A stretch of 63,989 nt of DNA, filler included, from Octopus bimaculoides (taxonomy: Eukaryota): NCBI RefSeq assembly GCF_001194135.2. It is 6 parts of 6 records of this genome, joined end to end, with 100 filler letters (N's around TTAATTAATTAA, not from the genome) between each part and the next. Parts side by side here need not be neighbours in the genome. Positions count along the whole stretch, not along the records: positions 55,100 to 61,974 come from NC_068989.1; positions 62,075 to 63,989 come from NW_026427183.1; 4 more parts are not named here. One strand, given 5' to 3'. Positions 61,403 through 63,989 of this stretch are shown here, piece after piece (positions within the stretch are counted from its first letter, which is position 1; each line of letters starts with the position of its first letter). The position numbers were made by a program, and so were the translations under genes. Below the pieces are notes generated by a model. It had not been told where the DNA came from. It did no database searches and saw only the letters and a list, made by a program, of their open reading frames with translations.

Positions 61403-62794
61403 TATATGCATATACATATATTTATTTACACACATATATATGTATATATATATGTATATACAAACATGAATATATATATTTGTGTATGTATATATATTAT
61501 ACATATATATATATACATACATATACATACTCACACACAGGTGCACAGACACACGCACACACACACACACACACACACATATAAGCATTTCTATGTATTT
61601 GCATTTATGAGTATATACACATATCCGATATGTACCCTTACACTCGTACATATCCATATATACCACCCCACATGTATGCACAGCGTATACATAACTGTGT
61701 TTGTGTTTCTTTGTTCTGTTTTATATACATGTACACACACATACACACACATTCACTCCTGGCTTATGAGTCATACATTTTTTTTATCAAAGTCTCTTTT
61801 GCTCTTCTCTGTCTGTAAAATATTTAATATATTTCAATATTAATTTCAGAAAAAATATTTTTTTGTAGTATCTAGTATTGTAATTTTTCATAAGTGCATT
61901 CTCCACGACTCGACTTTTTTGTAACCTGTTTACATACGTACATACACACATACAAGCATATATATATATATATANNNNNNNNNNNNNNNNNNNNNNNNNN
62001 NNNNNNNNNNNNNNNNNNTTAATTAATTAANNNNNNNNNNNNNNNNNNNNNNNNNNNNNNNNNNNNNNNNNNNNATTATTATTATTATTTACAGTATTGT
62101 AAATTCGGCGCCGTATAAAAAAAACACATTCGCACCGAAAGCATCTAGAAAGTTTACATAAAAACAAACACGAACTATTATAGTTCTTAAATTTGACAGA
62201 AATAGGGATTCGCTGGTTCGCTGGTTTAAAGGCAACACACTTAGTAGCGTTAACAAAGGGATGTGTGTCCGACTCCCACTCGAATATGAAAGCCTCCTTT
62301 TTTCTGTTGAGGGCTTATATGCCCCCTTTATTAGACTATTTTCCTTAGTCATTGCACAGTGATTGCCATAAGATTTAAGGTTATATATATATATATATAT
62401 ATATATTATTGGGTTTGTGTGTGTGTATAAATATCAACGATAATTATCGTCAATGTTTCTCCATTCCAATTCAATATCTAGTTCTTCTCCTCCTGTTCTT
62501 CTTTTTCTCCTCCTCTTCTTCTTCTTCTTTTTCTCTTCCTCCTCCTTCTTCTCCTGCTTCTTTTTTCCCCTCTTCTCTCGCTCCTATTTATTTTCTTTCT
62601 TTTATTTTCATCCATTTCCGCATATTTTCACTTCTTCACATTATTTTACGCATTTTACTTCTGCTTCATTATCGTCGTCACCCTCTTCTACGTTTTCTAC
62701 TCATCCTTTTGAATTTTAGTTTATTTTAGATTACATCCCTCATCATCATCTGTTAATCATTTACTTCTTAGAAAGGGATCTAGTTAAGGCACAA

Positions 62795-63008
62795 AATGAG
62801 GCATTGGGACTGGCAATGCGTCCCAAATAGTGACTGCGAGATTGGCGTTAAATCAACACATCGAGGCTAAACACGAAGGATGTCTTGTGAGATCTAGGTT
62901 CTGTGTGCAATGGGACGAGAGGGAATCAACGCTATCTAATGGGCCCGAGTGGTAGAGGCTCAACGTGGCAACGATGTCACAATCAGGTCTTTGACGGATG
63001 AAGATTAT
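62795..63008 (+). mobile_element. Tx1/L1-like ORF2 internal fragment
   Basis: ARLALNQHIEAKHEGCLVRSR, then a frameshift to EGINAI*WARVVEAQRGNDVTIRSLTDED. This resembles the G..VRSR...E...F..E..R...I..L linker between endonuclease and RT. Confidence 0.55.
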
Positions 63009-63010
63009 GA

Positions 63011-63170
63011 GCGCAGGAGTGGCTGTGTGGTAAGTAGCTTGCTTACCAACCACATGGTTCCGGGTTCAGTCCTACTGCGTGGCATCTTGGGCAAGTGTCT
63101 TCTACTATAGCCTCGGGCCAACCAAAGCCTTGTGAGTGGATTTGTTAGACGGAAACTGAAAGAAGCCCGT
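63011..63170 (+). mobile_element. Young family-B SINE 5' half, running into (TA)n and a gap
   Basis: GCGCAGGAGTGGCTGTGTGGTAAG...CGGGTTCAGTCCTACTGCGTGGC...GACGGAAACTGAAAGAAGCCCG. Confidence 0.92.
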
Positions 63171-63989
63171 GTATATATGTATATATATATATATATATAT
63201 NNNNNNNNNNNNNNNNNNNNNNNNNNNNNNNNNNNNNNNNNNNNNNNNNNNNNNNNNNNNNNNNNNNNNNNNNNNNNNNNNNNNNNNNNNNNNNNNNNNN
63301 NNNNNNNNNNNNNNNNNNNNNNNNNNNNNNNNNNNNNNNNNNNNNNNNNNNNNNNNNNNNNNNNNNNNNNNNNNNNNNNNNNNNNNNNNNNNNNNNNNNN
63401 NNNNNNNNNNNNNNNNNNNNNNNNNNNNNNNNNNNNNNNNNNNNNNNNNNNNNNNNNNNNNNNNNNNNNNNNNNNNNNNNNNNNNNNNNGGCATGCCACG
63501 TTTTCCGTATTCGACTTTCTCCTTCTACTCCATTTCTACTCTTCTGCTTTTTGATGTTATTGCTGTTGTTTCTCCATTACTTGATCTTCTAATCCAGTCC
63601 CCTCGATTCTTCTGTGTCTCCCTTCTCTTCTTTTACTCTCTTACACCCTTCAAAATATTCTACGGGCTCATTTTCTCTTTATTCATTCCGTTGTCTCGAA
63701 TTTCACATTTCTACCTCTGTTTTATATTTTCAATTCTTCATAATCAGTCTTGCCATATTCATCATCACCATCATCAATCTCATCAACCTCACAAATATTT
63801 GCGCCATCTACAGTATAGTCATCACTCTATTCATCATCATCTTAAACAGAAACCTCACCAGCACCGCATTCATCATCATAATCATCGTCATCAACACCAT
63901 AATTATCCTCATCAACATCATTATCACGAACATCATCAACACCATCATCAGCAACTGTAATATTATCTTCATCAACGCTACCAACACCC

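Noticed and set aside
62089-62352. 87-aa minus-strand ORF with a hydrophobic C-terminus
   Set aside because: No recognisable homology, and it lies next to an artificial linker.

Overview
AT-rich eukaryotic DNA, dense in microsatellites and about 20% assembly gaps. It is most likely an Octopus genome, inferred from the tRNA-derived SINE families and their recalled resemblance to octopus OK/OR1/OR2 SINEs; this was not database-checked. No intact protein-coding gene is recognisable. The window is an intergenic or intronic transposon graveyard. It holds about 25 SINE copies from three families plus chimeras, and decayed LINE fragments (R4/Dong-like, CR1/L2, Tx1-like, probable RTE). It also holds a Penelope-like (GIY-YIG) fragment, Tigger/pogo and maT-like transposase remnants, and several MITEs. 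The best signal is a family of short non-coding elements carrying minimal type I hammerhead ribozymes. A near-canonical hammerhead at 5203-5251 lies between two 343-bp-period direct repeats (retrozyme-like). A second at 51048-51090 lies in the loop of a 129-bp inverted repeat. The two loci are homologous downstream of the ribozyme, with conserved spacing (107 vs 108 nt from cleavage site to a shared motif). A third hammerhead is at 11027-11074 (minus strand), and two variant-core copies occur at about 42.6 kb and 51.8 kb. Five identical N44-TTAATTAATTAA-N44 blocks are scaffolding linkers, so adjacency across them is uncertain. TE boundaries are estimated by eye to roughly 10-20 bp unless a TSD or TIR is quoted.
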